This document shows positions 20,395-38,331 of a stretch of DNA of 64,000 nucleotides, piece after piece. Location: the NCBI RefSeq assembly GCF_009914755.1, contig NC_060947.1; one strand, 5' to 3'. The position numbers and the translations under genes are program-made. This stretch comes from the human T2T-CHM13v2.0 reference genome, Homo sapiens. Position 1 is the first letter of the stretch. Each line of letters begins with the position of its first letter. The notes under the pieces were generated by a model that did not search any database, was not told where the DNA came from, and was given only the letters and a program-made list of their open reading frames with translations.

Positions 20395-21411
20395 TTACAT
20401 TTTGGCATGATTTTGCAGTGGCTGGTACTGGTTGTGCCTTTCCATGTTTAGCGCTTCCTTCAGGAGCTCTTTTAGGGCAGGCCTGGTGGTGACAAAATCT
20501 CTCAGCATTTGCTTGTCTGTAAAGTATTTTATTTCTCCTTCACTTATGAGGCTTCGTTTGGCTGGATATGAAATTCTAGGTTGAAAATTCTTTTCTTTAA
20601 GAATGTTGAATATTGGCCCCCACTCTCTTCTGGCTTGTAGAGTTTCTGCCGAGAGATCCGCTGTTAGTCTGATGGGCTTCCCTTTGAGGGTAACCCGACC
20701 TTTCTCTCTGGCTGCCCTTAACTTTTTCTCCTTCATTTCAACTTTGGTGAATCTGACAATTATGTGTCTTGGAGTTGCTCTTCTCGAGGAGTATCTTTGT
20801 GGTGTTCTCTGTATTTCCTGAATCTGAACGTTGGCCTGCCTTGCTAGATTGGGGAAGTTCTCCTGGATAATATCCTGCAGAGTGTTTTCCAACTTGGTTC
20901 CATTCTCCCCGTCACTTTCAGGTACACCAATCAGACGTAGATTTGGTCTTTTCACATAGTCCCATATTTCTTGGAGGCTTTGCTCGTTTCTTTTTATTCT
21001 TTTTTCTCTAAACTTCCCTTCTCGCTTCATTTCATTCATTTCATCTTCCATCGCTGATACCGTTTCTTCCAGTTGATCGCATCGGCTCCTGAGGCTTCTG
21101 CATTCTTCACGTAGTTCTCGAGCCTTGGTTTTCAGCTCCATCAGCTCCTTTCAGCACTTCTCTGTATTGGTTATTCTAGTTATACATTCTTCTAAATTTT
21201 TTTCAAAGTTTTCAACTTCTTTGCCTTTGGTTTGAATGTCCTCCTGTAGCTCGGAGTAATTTGATCGTCTGAAGCCTTCTTCTCTCAGCTCGTCAAAGTC
21301 ATTCTCTGCCCAGCTTTGTTCCGTTGCTGGTGAGGAACTGTGTTCCTTTGGAGGAGGAGAGGTGCTCTGCTTTTTAGAGTTTCCAGTTTTTCTGCTCTGT
21401 TTTTTCCCCAT
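20395..21411 (-). pseudogene. L1 ORF1 with one premature stop (codon 87)
   Basis: MGKKQSRK..TEKC*KELMELK..QNHAKM; TGA at 21151-21153, otherwise in frame over 1017 bp. Confidence 0.95.
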
Positions 21412-21866
21412 CTTTGTGGTTTTATCTACTTTTGGTCTTTGATGATGGTGATGTACAGATGGGTTTTTGGTGTGGATGTCCTTTCTGTTTGTCAGTTTTC
21501 CTTCTAACAGACAGGACACTCAGCTGCAGGTCTGTTGGAGTACCCGGCCGTGTGAGGTGTCAGTCTGCCCCTGCTGGGGGGTGCCTCCCAGTTAGGCTGC
21601 TCGGGGGTCAGGGGTCAGGGACCCACTTGAGGAGGCAGTCTGCCCGTTCTCAGATCTCCAGCTGCGTGCTGGGAGAACCACTGCTCTCTTCAAAGCTGTC
21701 AGACAGGGACATTTAAGTCTGCAGAGGTTACTGCTGTCTTTTTGTTTGTCTGTGCCCTGCCCCCAGAGGTGGAGCCTACAGAGGCAGGCAGGCCTCCTTG
21801 AGCTGTGGTGGGCTCCACCCAGTTCTAGCTTCCTGGCCCCTTTGTTTACCTAATCAAGCCTGGGCA

Positions 21867-22175
21867 ATGGCGGGCGCCCCTCCCCCAGCCTCGCTGCTGC
21901 CTTGCAGTTTGATCTCAGACTGCTGTGCTAGCAATCAGCGAGACTCCGTGGGCGTAGGACCCTCTGAGCCAGGTGCCGGATATATTCTCCTGGTGCGCCG
22001 TTTTTTAAGCCCGTCGGAAAAGCGCAGTATTCGGGTGGGAGTGACCCGATTTTCCAGGTGCCGTCAGTCACCCCTTTCTTTGACTAGGAAAGGGAACTCC
22101 CTGCCCCCTTGCGCTTCCCGAGTGAGGCAATGCCTCGCCCTGCTTCGGCTCGCGTACGGTGCGCGCACCCACTGA
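21867..22175 (+). CDS. L1 antisense ORF0, open, 102 codons
   Basis: MAGAPPPASLLPCSLISDCCASNQRDSVGVGPSEPG matches known ORF0p; ATG context gcaATGg. Expression cannot be shown from sequence. Confidence 0.6.
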   Translation: MAGAPPPASLLPCSLISDCCASNQRDSVGVGPSEPGAGYILLVRRFLSPSEKRSIRVGVTRFSRCRQSPLSLTRKGNSLPPCASRVRQCLALLRLAYGARTH

Positions 22176-23994
22176 CCTGCACCCACTGTCTGGCACTCCC
22201 TAGTGAGATGAACCCGGTACCTCAGATGGGAATGCAGGAATCACCTGTCTTCTGCGTCACTCACGCTGGGAGCTGTAGACCGGAGCTGTTCCTATTCGGC
22301 CATCTTGGCTTCTCCTCTGAAACTCTTCGCATGTGAGCTCTTTTCACATAATTACCTGATTTGGATATAAAGTTACATAATTAAATGACATCTAAAAGAC
22401 CAAGAATTAGGAGGGTATGAAAACGTGCATTAATCATGAGGAAATGGCTAAAAAGAGCATCTTAAATCTTCAGTGGTCATTCACTTAAATAATAGTGGAC
22501 CATTTCCCATCTGTCATATTCTATGAAGATTTGCTCTGCCGTTTGCTCAGATGGGTTGTCCGTGAAGTGCAGTTAGCATTGTAGTGTGAAATGTCAACCG
22601 TTCTGCCATGACAGAATGAATCTAGGCAGCAAACATCTGATACCGTGAGATCCTTATGGCTGTTGAAGAATAAATGTGGCAACAATTATGTCCAGGAGGC
22701 ATAATCAGTGCTTACAACGGCCAAAACAGGATTTTGAGAATATCCATTTAAAAGTCTTGTCAATTACTTTTAATGACAATAGTATAGCAACTAATTGACT
22801 TCATCAAGTGGCTACCTCTGCCAAATTGATAGTTTAATTAATGCTAGTCACATCAGATTTTTCCTTCAAGATACACACATATATACACATAAACACACAT
22901 ATTCTGTAAATATATATGTATATATCTATCTATATGTATTTCTTTATGAGTTGAGTTCCATTTAATTACACATTAAAATTTACTTCCAGCTTTGTGACAA
23001 GAGATGCTATTTCCTATTTCTTAGGAATGTGCTTTAATTCCATTTTGTGGGATTTTTGGAATAATGGACTGTATAAATCTGTTTGGTTTCGCCATAGCTA
23101 ACACTTGCTGAGATCCTACACTTTCCAGTTATTATATTAGGCATTGTAACCCAATGAACATGCAATCCTTTTGCCCTATGATGTAGGGTTATATCATCCT
23201 GCTCTTGGGTTTTACATGGACTTCCCAGCAGCCCATTGGAATTTATAACCTTGTTTCCAGGCTGAGATTGGTTTTCAGTTTGAAGTAATCTTATTTATCT
23301 ATTTCTGTCTTTGTTGCTTGTGCTTCTGAGGTCATATACAAAAAAAAAAAAAAATCCAGACAAATATCAAAGAGTTATTTTTCTGTTTTCTTCCAGGAGT
23401 TTTGTGGGTTCAAATCTCATATTTAAGACTTAAAACTATTTTAATTTTTATGAATGGTATAAGATAGGGGTCAAATTTTATTCTTTGGAAGGTGGAGATC
23501 CAGTTTTTCCAACACCATTTATTTAAGAGAATATTCTTTTCCCATTGTTTGTTCTTGGTGCCACTGTCAAATATTAGTTATTCGAATATAAATGAGATAA
23601 TGTCCTGGCTGTCTATTTTGTTCCATTGCTCTATGTGTTTGTTTTCATGCTAGTAACACACTACTGTGATTACTATAGCTTTGTAATAGACTTTGCAATC
23701 AGGAAGAATGAAGTCTCCTGCTCTGTACTTTCTTAAGATTGATTTGGCTTTTGAGGATGTTTTGTGATAAAATAATTTTAATATTGCTTGTTTTTTTTCA
23801 TGAAAAATGCCACTGGATTTTTGATAAGGATTACATTAAATTTATAGATGACAATGGATAGTGTGGATATTTTAACAGTATTAATTCTTCCAGTTCATGC
23901 ACACAGGATATCTTTCCATTCATTTGTGGCTTCTTCAATTTCTTTCATCAGTGTTTTATAGTTTTTTGTGTAGAGATCTTTTGCCTTCTTGGAA

Positions 23995-24168
23995 TATATA
24001 TATAATATTTATTATAATTATGTATAATTGTATAATTTATATATTATAATTATATATAATATATTATATAATATATTATATAATATATTACATAATATAT
24101 TACATAATATATCATATAATTATATATTCTATATTATATAATATATATAATTATATATAATATATATT
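23995..24168. repeat. Degenerate (TA)n / AT-only low-complexity tract
   Basis: Read directly. Confidence 0.95.
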
Positions 24169-24984
24169 CCTAAGTATTTTATTTTTTGTAGCTGTTGTAA
24201 ATGATATTGCTTTCTTGATTTCTTTTTATATAGTTTGCTATTAGTGATAGATAGGCTAGTAATTTTTGTATGTTAATTTTTTTGTCCTGCAACTTTACTG
24301 AATTCATTTATTAGTTGAAGTAATTTTTTCCGTGTAGTCTTTAGAGTTTACCATATAAAAGATTATGTATTCTGCAATCAGAGACAATTTGCATTCTCCT
24401 TTCTGATTTATATGTTCCTTTTATTATCTTTCCTAATTGCTCTAGCTGGGACTTCTAGTACTATGTAAAATAGATGTGAGAGTGGGCATCCTTGTTTTGT
24501 TCTTGATCTTAGAGGAAAAGCTTCAACTTCTCACTGTTGAACATGATTTTAGCAGTTAACTTGTCATATATGGCCTTTTTCCTGTTGAGGTAAATTTGTT
24601 CTATATCTACTCGTTGACAGATTTTATCATGAAGGGCTATTGTATTTTGTCAAATAGCATTTCTGCATGTATTCCAATGATCACATGGTTTTGTCCTTCA
24701 GTTATTTTGTTCTTCATTCTGTTAATGTGGTGTACCACATTTATAGATTTGTGTATGTTGGACTATTGTGGTATTCTGGAGATAAATCCCACTTCATCAA
24801 GGTGAATGATCCTTTTGACGTGTTTTTGAATTTGGTTTTATAGCATTTTGTGGAGAATTTTTGCATCTATGTTCATCAGGGATATTGTCTTGTAATATTA
24901 TTTTCTTATAGTATTCTTGTCTGACTTTGATATCAGGGAAATGTTGGCCTTGTAAAGTGAGTTTTGAAGTTGTCCCTATTCTTT

Positions 24985-25139
24985 AATTTTTTTATTATAC
25001 TTTAAGTTCTAGAGTATATGTGCACAACGTGCAGGTTTGTTACATATGTATACATTGGCCATGTTGGTTTGCTGCACCCATTAATTCGTTATTTACATTA
25101 TGTTTTTCCGCTAATGCTGTCCCTCCCCCATCCCCCAAC
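24985..25139 (-). mobile_element. Very short L1PA 3' end nested in the L1M
   Basis: ttattatactttaagttctag..gtgcacaacgtgcaggtttgttacatatgtatac..gctgcacccatt. Confidence 0.85.
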
Positions 25140-26453
25140 GTAAGAAGGATTGGTATCTGTTTTTTCAGCATTTGGTAGAAATCAGCAGGGGAGCCATCAG
25201 GTAGGTCCTGGGCTTTTATGTGATGGGAAACTATTACTAATTCAATCTTTTTACTTGTTATTGGTCTGTACAGATTTTCTACTTCCTCTTGATTTAGTCT
25301 TGGTAGGTTTTATGTGTCTAGGAATTTACCCATTTCTTCTAAATTATACAATTTATTGTCACATAAGTTTTCATAATAGTCAATTATGAAATTTTGTATT
25401 GATGTGGTATTAGTTGCAATGTCTCCTCTTGCATTTTTTTTAACTTTATTTGAGACTTTTCACTCTTTATCTTAGTCTGGCCACAGGTTTGTTGATTTTT
25501 TTGTACTTTTTCAAAAAAGAACTTTCAGATTCATTGATCTTTCCTATTTTTTTCTATTCTCTTTGACTGATTTTTGCTCTGATCTTTCCTCTTTTTTTTC
25601 CCCGTGGATGCTGTGCTTAGCTTGTTCTTTTTTTAGTTCCTTGGGTTTTATCATTAGGTTATTTGGAATCTTTTTTCTGTCTTGATGTAGGTGTTTATTG
25701 CAATAAACATCTCTCTTAGAACTGACTTTTCTGCATTGAATACATTTTGGTATGTTGTGTGTCTATTTTCGTTTGTCTCAAGCTATTTTTACATTTCCCT
25801 TTTATTTTCTTCTTTGACCCTTTGGTTGTTCAGGAGCATGCTGTTTAAGTTTTATATATTTTCATATTTTCCAAAATTTCTCTGTTATTGATTTTTAGTT
25901 TCATAACGTTGTGGTTAGGAAAGGTACTTGAAATGACTTCAATGTTTCTAAATTTGTTCAGACTTATTTTGTGGCCTAATAAATGATCTATTCTGGGGAA
26001 TGTTATGTGTGCCATTGAGAAAAATGTGAATTCTGTTGCCAGAATGAATGTTGTGTTCGGTCCATCTGGTCTAAAGTGTAGTTCAATGTTTTCGTATTTA
26101 TTTTCTGTCTGGATGATTTGTCCATTGCTTCAAGTGGGGTGTCAAACTACCCTACTTTATTGCATTATAATCTGTCTCTTCCTTGACATCTGTTAATATT
26201 TGCTTAATATATGTAAGTGCTCTGATCTTGGATGTGTATATGTTTACAACTATTATAGATATCATCTTTATGAATTGAAATCTTTCTAATATAAAATGAC
26301 CTTTTAAAGTTTTTAAAGCCTATTTTATTTCATATATGTATAGCTTCATTTCTTCTCTTTGGTTTTCATTTGCATGGATATATTTTCTGTACTTTCACTT
26401 GTAATCTACTCATGGTCTTAAGTATGAGTTGAGTTTCTTGTGGGAGCGTATAG

Positions 26454-26781
<328 letters not shown>

Positions 26782-27625
26782 GGGGCTTTCTTTTTAATTT
26801 ATTCAGATACTTTGTGTCTTTCGATTAAATAAATTGATCAATTAACATACAAAATAATTATTGTTAGGTAATGACCTAATACTGCCATTTTGTTCATTGC
26901 TTTCTTATTGTTTGGTAGATCCTCTGCTCCTTTTGCTTTTTTCTATTGAGATTAAATGATTTTTCTCTAGTGGATTTGTTTGATTTCTTACTTTTTCTCT
27001 TTTGTGTATCTACTTTAGATTTTTGCTTTCTGGTTACCATAAGGCTTACTTAAAACTACTTATAGTTATACAAGACTATTTTAACCTGATAACAACATAA
27101 CATTGACCACATAAAATAACTCTAGACTTTTACTCAACCTTGTTACATTTAATGTTTTGATGTCACAGTTTGCATATTTTTATATTTTATATCCCTTAAG
27201 AAATTATTCAAGCTAATAGTATTTTGTTTTTCCCTTTAACCTTCATACAGAAAATAAAAGTGGCTTACACACCACCAAAATAGTATTAGTGTATTCCAAA
27301 TTTGATTATGCACTTGCTTTTACCAGTGTTTTATAGTTTCAAATATTTTTGTATTACTAATTAGAATTATCTTCTCTTAGCTTGAAGAACTCCCTTTAGA
27401 ATTTCTGTAAGACATGTCTGGTAATGATAAGCTCCCTTTAGCTTTTATTCTTCTGGAAAAGTCTTTATTTCTCTTTCATTTATAAAGTACAACTTTACTG
27501 CATACAGTATTCTTTGTTGACTGTTATTTTGTCCTTCAGCACTTTGAATATATCATTCCACTCTCTTCCTGGCCTATAAGATTTCTGCTCAGAAATCTGT
27601 TGCTAGATTTATTGAAACTCCCTTA

Positions 27626-28097
<472 letters not shown>

Positions 28098-30007
28098 TTA
28101 TATCTTTCCCCATAGTTGGAAAGCTTTATGCTATTATTTCTTTAAATAATCTTCTAACCCTTTGTCTCTATTTTTCATCTTGAAATACTTTAACTCAAAT
28201 ATTTGCTATTTTGATACTGTCCCATAATTCCTGTAAACTTTCTCCGTTCCTTATCATTCTTTTTCTTTTTCTTTTCTTTTTTTTTCTGTGACCGGGAGAT
28301 TTCAAATAACCAGTCTTCAAGTCTATGGATTCTTTCTTCTGCTTGATCAATTCAGTCATTAATGCTCTCTATTTCATTTTTATTTCTTTTATTGTATTTC
28401 ATAGCTCTGGCATTTCTGTTTACATCTTTTAATAATTTCAATTTGCCTGTTAAATATCTATTGTTGATTATTTATTAATTTCCTTATTTCATTAAATTAT
28501 ATCTCTATATATTCAAAGTTTGCTGAGTTTCCTTAAAACAGTTATTTTGAATTGGTGTAGTTCATTTAACAATTTCATTGGGGTCAGCTACTAGGAGATT
28601 ATTGTATTCTTTTAGTAGTGTTATGTCTTCTTGACTTTTCATGTTTCTTTGTGTTGATGTCTGCACATTCTTTGGAGTAGTCACATCTTGCAGACTTTAG
28701 GGATTAGTTTCGTTGCCTGTGGGGAGGTGTGAGAGTGCTTGCTTGATGAAGTGTGGTAGTTCTGGCACCAGATTGTGCTGCCTGTGTAGTCCCTGTGAAG
28801 CTCTGGCAGCTGAGGTCAGTGTTGACAAATATTTCAGGGATGCATAGTGGCCAGTTCTTTGAATTTATATCATGGCAGCATGGGTTTTGGGATCATTGGT
28901 AGCAATGGTTGCTAATGTCCTCGCAATCTTTTTTTCTTCCACAAGGGAATTTGTGGCTGAAGGGATTCCCCTTAGATTTGGGTCTGGTTTGTGAGCTCAC
29001 TTGCACTGGTGGTAACATCAGTATCTGATTAGTGTAACCCATGGAGCAGTCATTTAGCTGAAGCCTGAAGTACAGGCATGCATGAGTGACTATGGCTCTG
29101 GGGTCTAGGGTGATAATGGCAATTGTGCTCAGGGTACTGATTCCCTGGCTGCTTAGTTTGTAACAGAATATGAAGCATGGATGCCTTTAAAGCACCTTTG
29201 GGAGATGAGAATGGGAACTCTGGTTGGGGCAGCATTAGAATGACTCCAGAGTCTGGGTGGTGCCTAGCTCTTTGTGACAGCTGAGCCAGTGCTTGGAGTG
29301 CAGAACTTGGCTCTGGGACCCAGAGTGCCAATTAGTTTGCTCTGATGGTGACTCTGATGTTTGAAGTATGGCACATGTGGTACAGCCTTGGTGCCTGGAT
29401 TCAAAATATAGGCATGTGTTAGCTTCAGCAGCTCCAGGGTTTGGACAGGGTCTATCTCTCAATAATGGCTGAGCAGGTGCCTGGAATATAGGCACACACA
29501 ATGAAAGCTTGACTCTGGGACTCAAAGAGTGAATTAGCTCACTATGGTAATTACTTTGGTGTCTGAGACATGGGTGGATACAACACAGCCATACAGCCTG
29601 GATCTAGAGTGTGGGCACTTGTGGGGTGACCATAGCTCCAGGATCAGGGCACACATTTATTGTGGAGAGGCTCATTTTCCAATGTAGTTCAACCATGCTT
29701 GGGCTGGAGAGGGATGTGTAGCCATGTGTCCTTCTCCATGGTTCTTTGTTAGGAATGATCAGTGGCAAGAGATGCCAGTGTTCTCTGAGGAGCAGGCCAC
29801 TAGGGCCCATGATGGTTCCTGCCTTATGGATGATATTTCTTGTCTCATTTTTTTTTTTTTTGCTCCTGTCTCCTGGTGTCTTAATTCTGCCGTTCTAACC
29901 AGCAATTCTTTCTATGTGGATATTTTCCATTTTTCTTTCCAGTGTTGCTGCAGATTCTTTAATGGTCTCCTGGACTATTTTGGCTTGTGCATAGCTGTCT
30001 ACATATA

Positions 30008-30784
<777 letters not shown>

Positions 30785-33700
30785 TGGCAATCTTGGTAAC
30801 ATCACCTAAGCAGGCTACTTTCTGATACAGGAAGCTTCCCTGCTCCAGCTTCCCCACCCCATCCAAGCAAACCTAAACATACACAATCATTATTATAATT
30901 TCCATGTATAATATTATATATTTCTGCCAGTTAAAAATAATACCTCCATATCCACCCACAGTAGATATTTAGTCACTGGAATATCAAAGAGAAACATCAA
31001 AAACAAAGAGTTAGATAGAAGAATGTGTCAGGGATTGTGGAAATTGGCTTCTCTTCCTTAGAAACTCTTCATGCTGAGCCATAACTCTTATAAAAATATT
31101 TTAAAAATTATCTTGAAACTGAATAATTTTGTTTGGTTTCCATTGTGTAATTCTCTTTGATTTGATTCATAAGGTAAGAAAGAGCTTTTTGCTTACTGCA
31201 CTAGCAATGCTCAGTGTAAGAGCATTTCCAATAGATGCAAGCTGTGTTGTTGGCATTAGGATTTTGGAGCTTAGGCACGTGACTCTCCCAAATTCCTAAT
31301 AGCATGAAGTCTCAACCTGTGGAATAGAATTTAGTTTTTTCACACACTCAACATTAAAGTATAGCTGATCTGTTTTATAACAGATCGTAATAATAATTTT
31401 CTAGTTATAGAATAATTCATCTATAAAGTCAGAATCTAGAAAGACAAGGCAATAAAAGTAGAGAATGTTTTTATAGAAGTTATTTTCTTTTGAACCAGTC
31501 TTTATGATCAGTATGTAGACATCATTAAACATTTCTTAATATACCCATTCATATATATATTATTTAACAGATAAAATTTTGATTGTTGAGTTGTGAATTT
31601 AAAGTATTCCTGAAGATAAAAATTGGAATTTACCATAAAATCCTACAGAAACTAAAATTCAAACAAATAATGTATACCCATTTTCAAGTCTTTATCCTTA
31701 ACTGTGAATGGTCCTTTATCAAATAAAACAAAAAGTTCAAATAGCATTCTTTTAAAACCACTTCAGAAGGCTTTTATGAACAGTCATAACAGAGATATGC
31801 ATTAGGTTCTGCCAATATTGACATCTCTTCAGATAATCTTCAAGATATTTTGAAAGCTGAAATGATAATCAATTTTAACACAGATTTTCCATTGTTGAGC
31901 ATTACATTGTCACTTTTATATATAAAAAGTCATTTTGTACCTAATATGATATAATAACTCTTTATAAACTATGGGCAAATTGTTCAAAGCTTGATCGTAT
32001 TTCATTTTCTCACACGGGGGCTAACTTTTAAACATCAAAGCTACAGAATGCTAATCAGCCTGGCTGCTAGGGCTGGTGGTCTTCTAGCATTTAGAGTCAG
32101 TCAAGTGTCTTTGCAAGTGACAATCATGTTCAAATGTGTTTGGGTCAACTGGAATAATATTCCTTACTATTCTAATATTTTACAGTTTTGCTTTTCCATG
32201 AAAAACATCTATTTTGTCTGTGTCATCCTTATGCCAAGCTTCTATACTTAGGAATTATGGATATCTAGTATACAGAAGTTGTATTTAATAATATCAAACA
32301 GATGGCTATTGCCAATTAGCAAGCGTTCTCCATCTTATAGACACAGGTCTCCTATCTTTGTTTCCATGTGTTTCTCTTTGAAATTAGAGCAAATATTAAC
32401 AGCAGCTATTTTTATTAGCCCATAGTAGAGCAATGAGAATTGAAAGTTATTTCTTTATGGCCTCTGTTCTGATACAATTCAAGCTGTTATTCAGAGCTTT
32501 GCAAAATCCAAGAGACCCTTTGTACGGGGAACGTAGTGGTTACTCACACATGTGTCATGTTTTGCATATTTAAATAGATATTTTCCATAGCCCCATTAAT
32601 GACTTAGTTGTTTAATAGAAACAAGAAATTATGTGTGTTGACTCAGCTTTAGAACTGACAGTAGTCAAAACATTAAAGGTAGTAGTGTACACATCAATAA
32701 AGCAAAACCCTATTGAAGTTCACCTTTACACAGCATGAAGCACAGCTTTGAGAAATTTGACCCAGGAGGGGACAGAATATAAAAATATGAAAAGTTTCCA
32801 CATATTTAAACAAAGTATGGAAGTCATGGGCCTTCGTATGATATGTCTCTTATTGTCTTTGTCAGAAGATAAGTCAAGAATTACTTGGTCCATGTGACTG
32901 ACCCAGGGAGTAGTGTTTGTAATATTAGGTATACAATTTTAGAATATATATCAAGGATTCACATAAAGAGGCATAGACTTTCTTCTATTCAACAGACATT
33001 TACTTTATACCTAATATAAACTGTGCTAAGCATCGTGAGTAGTAAATCACAGAGAAATAAATGTAAAATGGATGAGTACATAGAAGGGATGAAAAGGCAT
33101 GGAGTTAGATTAGACTCCAAAGAATAAAATGTCTGCTGATAAAGCACAAAGATGCACCTGTGTTGAACACTGCATAATTAGATTTTTCATCAGTCTTTTC
33201 TAAGTATAGCACATTCTCTTTTTTGAAAATTTGTTTTCTGTTTCTTATTTGGCCTGAGAGTTACTTTGATAATCTATGGTGCCATGGTTTAACCAAGACA
33301 GGATCACGGCAGTATCATCTTGTGTGACCAAGCAAATTTTTCTTGGCAGCAGTTATGATATCCAGCAGCCACTTATGTAAGTATAAAAACATTGATGTTA
33401 CCACAGATTTTCATCCATTGCTCATAAAGAATATAGGAGCAAAGCAGTACAGGCCCTGCTCTGAAGAACAGACGGAATGTCAAGGTCAGATATATTTTAC
33501 AGACGTGTGTTGTGGTTTTGTAATGAAGTAGGCAGAAGATCTGTTGGGGTAGAGTGGTGTAGACATTTGACACTCTCTTTAAAAGACATTGTGAATAATT
33601 TAGCTTTACAAAACATATCCTATTAAGTGGGAGAGGAGGAGAACATGCCAAGGGAATGGATACAGAAAAATGGACAACAGAATAAAGCTAAACATATATT

Positions 33701-34054
33701 TGATTCATTCCCATAGGGTTATCTTTAACATATTTTATAAAGTGGTTTATGATAAAATTTTACCATAATATATATATATACATATATAAGTTTCTTCACT
33801 GAGAGAACCATTTATAAATATAAATTTCCTTTCTTATCTGCACTGCTCATAATTCACACAAAGTTGAAGAGAAGCTATATCTTCAATGAGTTAAGCAAAC
33901 ACTAGCATCATATTCTGTCATATCAAAGTTTAAGTCTGGGCCTTTAAAAAAAACTGTGAACATCATTCCCATTTCTGGGGACAGTCAATGTTTCTTGGAA
34001 CTTAATTCGAGCGTCCCCAAACACCTGAGTTGTCATTCATTAGCTGTGGCATGC

Positions 34055-34200
34055 ACTTTCACACATCCAAGTCTTTGAATATGCTGTATTCATACCTGGA
34101 ATGTTCTTCTTCTCATTCTCTGGATGACAAATTTCTACTGTTTGTTCAAAGATTAACTTATGCACTACTTCCTCAAGAAAGCCTTGCTAGGCGTTTCCCT
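34055..34200 (+). mobile_element. L2 fragment
   Basis: gtctttgaatatgctgtattcatacctggaatgttctt..cacttcctcaagaaagcctt-like L2 motifs. Confidence 0.55.
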
Positions 34201-34404
34201 TTTATACTGACACTTTATAGAACTCCACAACACATACAGTGTACCATGAATGCTGCCTTCAGGACTGATAGAGGGCAGTGGCCTTGCTTACCTTCTCCAC
34301 TGATGCAGGAATACTCCATCCTTTGGGTTCCCATAGCAATTTGTATATAGTTCAGCTTGATTATTTTTAAATTCTGCTGTATTACTACTTGTTTAAAAAT
34401 TTGC

Positions 34405-34685
34405 GGCCGGGCGCGGTGGCTCATGCCTGTAATCCCAGCACTTTGGGAGACTGAGGCAGGTGGATCGTGAGGTCAGGAGATCGAGACCATCCTGGCTAAC
34501 ACAGTGAAACCCCGTCTCATCTAAAAATACAAAAAAAAGTAGCCGGGTGTGGTGGCGGGCACCTGTAGTCCCAGCTACTCAGGAGGCTGAGGTAGGAGAA
34601 TGGCGTGAACCTGGGAGGGGGAGCTTGCGTCACTGCACTCCAGCCTGGGTGACAGTGCGAAACTCTGTCAAAAAAAAAAAAAAAA
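34405..34685 (+). mobile_element. AluY with a ~16-bp deletion in the right arm
   Basis: AluY diagnostics; gagcttgc|gtcactgcact lacks agtgagccgagatcgc; TSD aaaaatt(t)gc. Confidence 0.92.
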
Positions 34686-34864
34686 TTGCCTGATTTTCTT
34701 AAGCTTTTTGGAGCAGCCACTGAGACATTACACTCTTTTATTCTTCATACTGCATAGCACGAGGCCTGGAAAATAGTTGTGAAATAAATCCTTAACTTCA
34801 GATTAAAGCGATGAAGAAAGTTTGAACTTTGATCAGCCTAGATACATAAAAAGACTTTTTTTTC

Positions 34865-35008
34865 AAAAGAATTAAATAAATTTTATAGGACTTCTGAAGA
34901 CAAAATTTAAAATTGTTTTCACAAGTTGACAGATAAACCATATCAACATTCAAACTGATATTCCATTGTCAAAATGAATGAATGAATAAATGAACAAATA
35001 AAAGAAGT
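34865..35008 (+). repeat. Left copy of a 144-bp direct repeat flanking the L1PA8
   Basis: Ungapped match to 38188-38331, about 13 mismatches by manual alignment. Confidence 0.92.
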
Positions 35009-38187
<3,179 letters not shown>

Positions 38188-38331
38188 AAAAGAATTAAAT
38201 AAATTTCATAGAATTTCTGAAGATAAAATTTATAAATGTTTTCACAGGTTGACAGATATGCCATATCAACATTCAAACTGATATTCCAAAAGCAAAATGA
38301 ATGAATGAATAAATGAACAAATAAAAGAAGT
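38188..38331 (+). repeat. Right copy of the 144-bp direct repeat
   Basis: Starts at the L1 tail (aaaagaattaaataaa) and ends ataaaagaagt, as does 34865-35008. Confidence 0.92.

Noticed and set aside
23995-24168. AT-only tract as a palindromic AT-rich repeat (PATRR)
   Set aside because: Short and degenerate; I could not identify a long perfect palindrome
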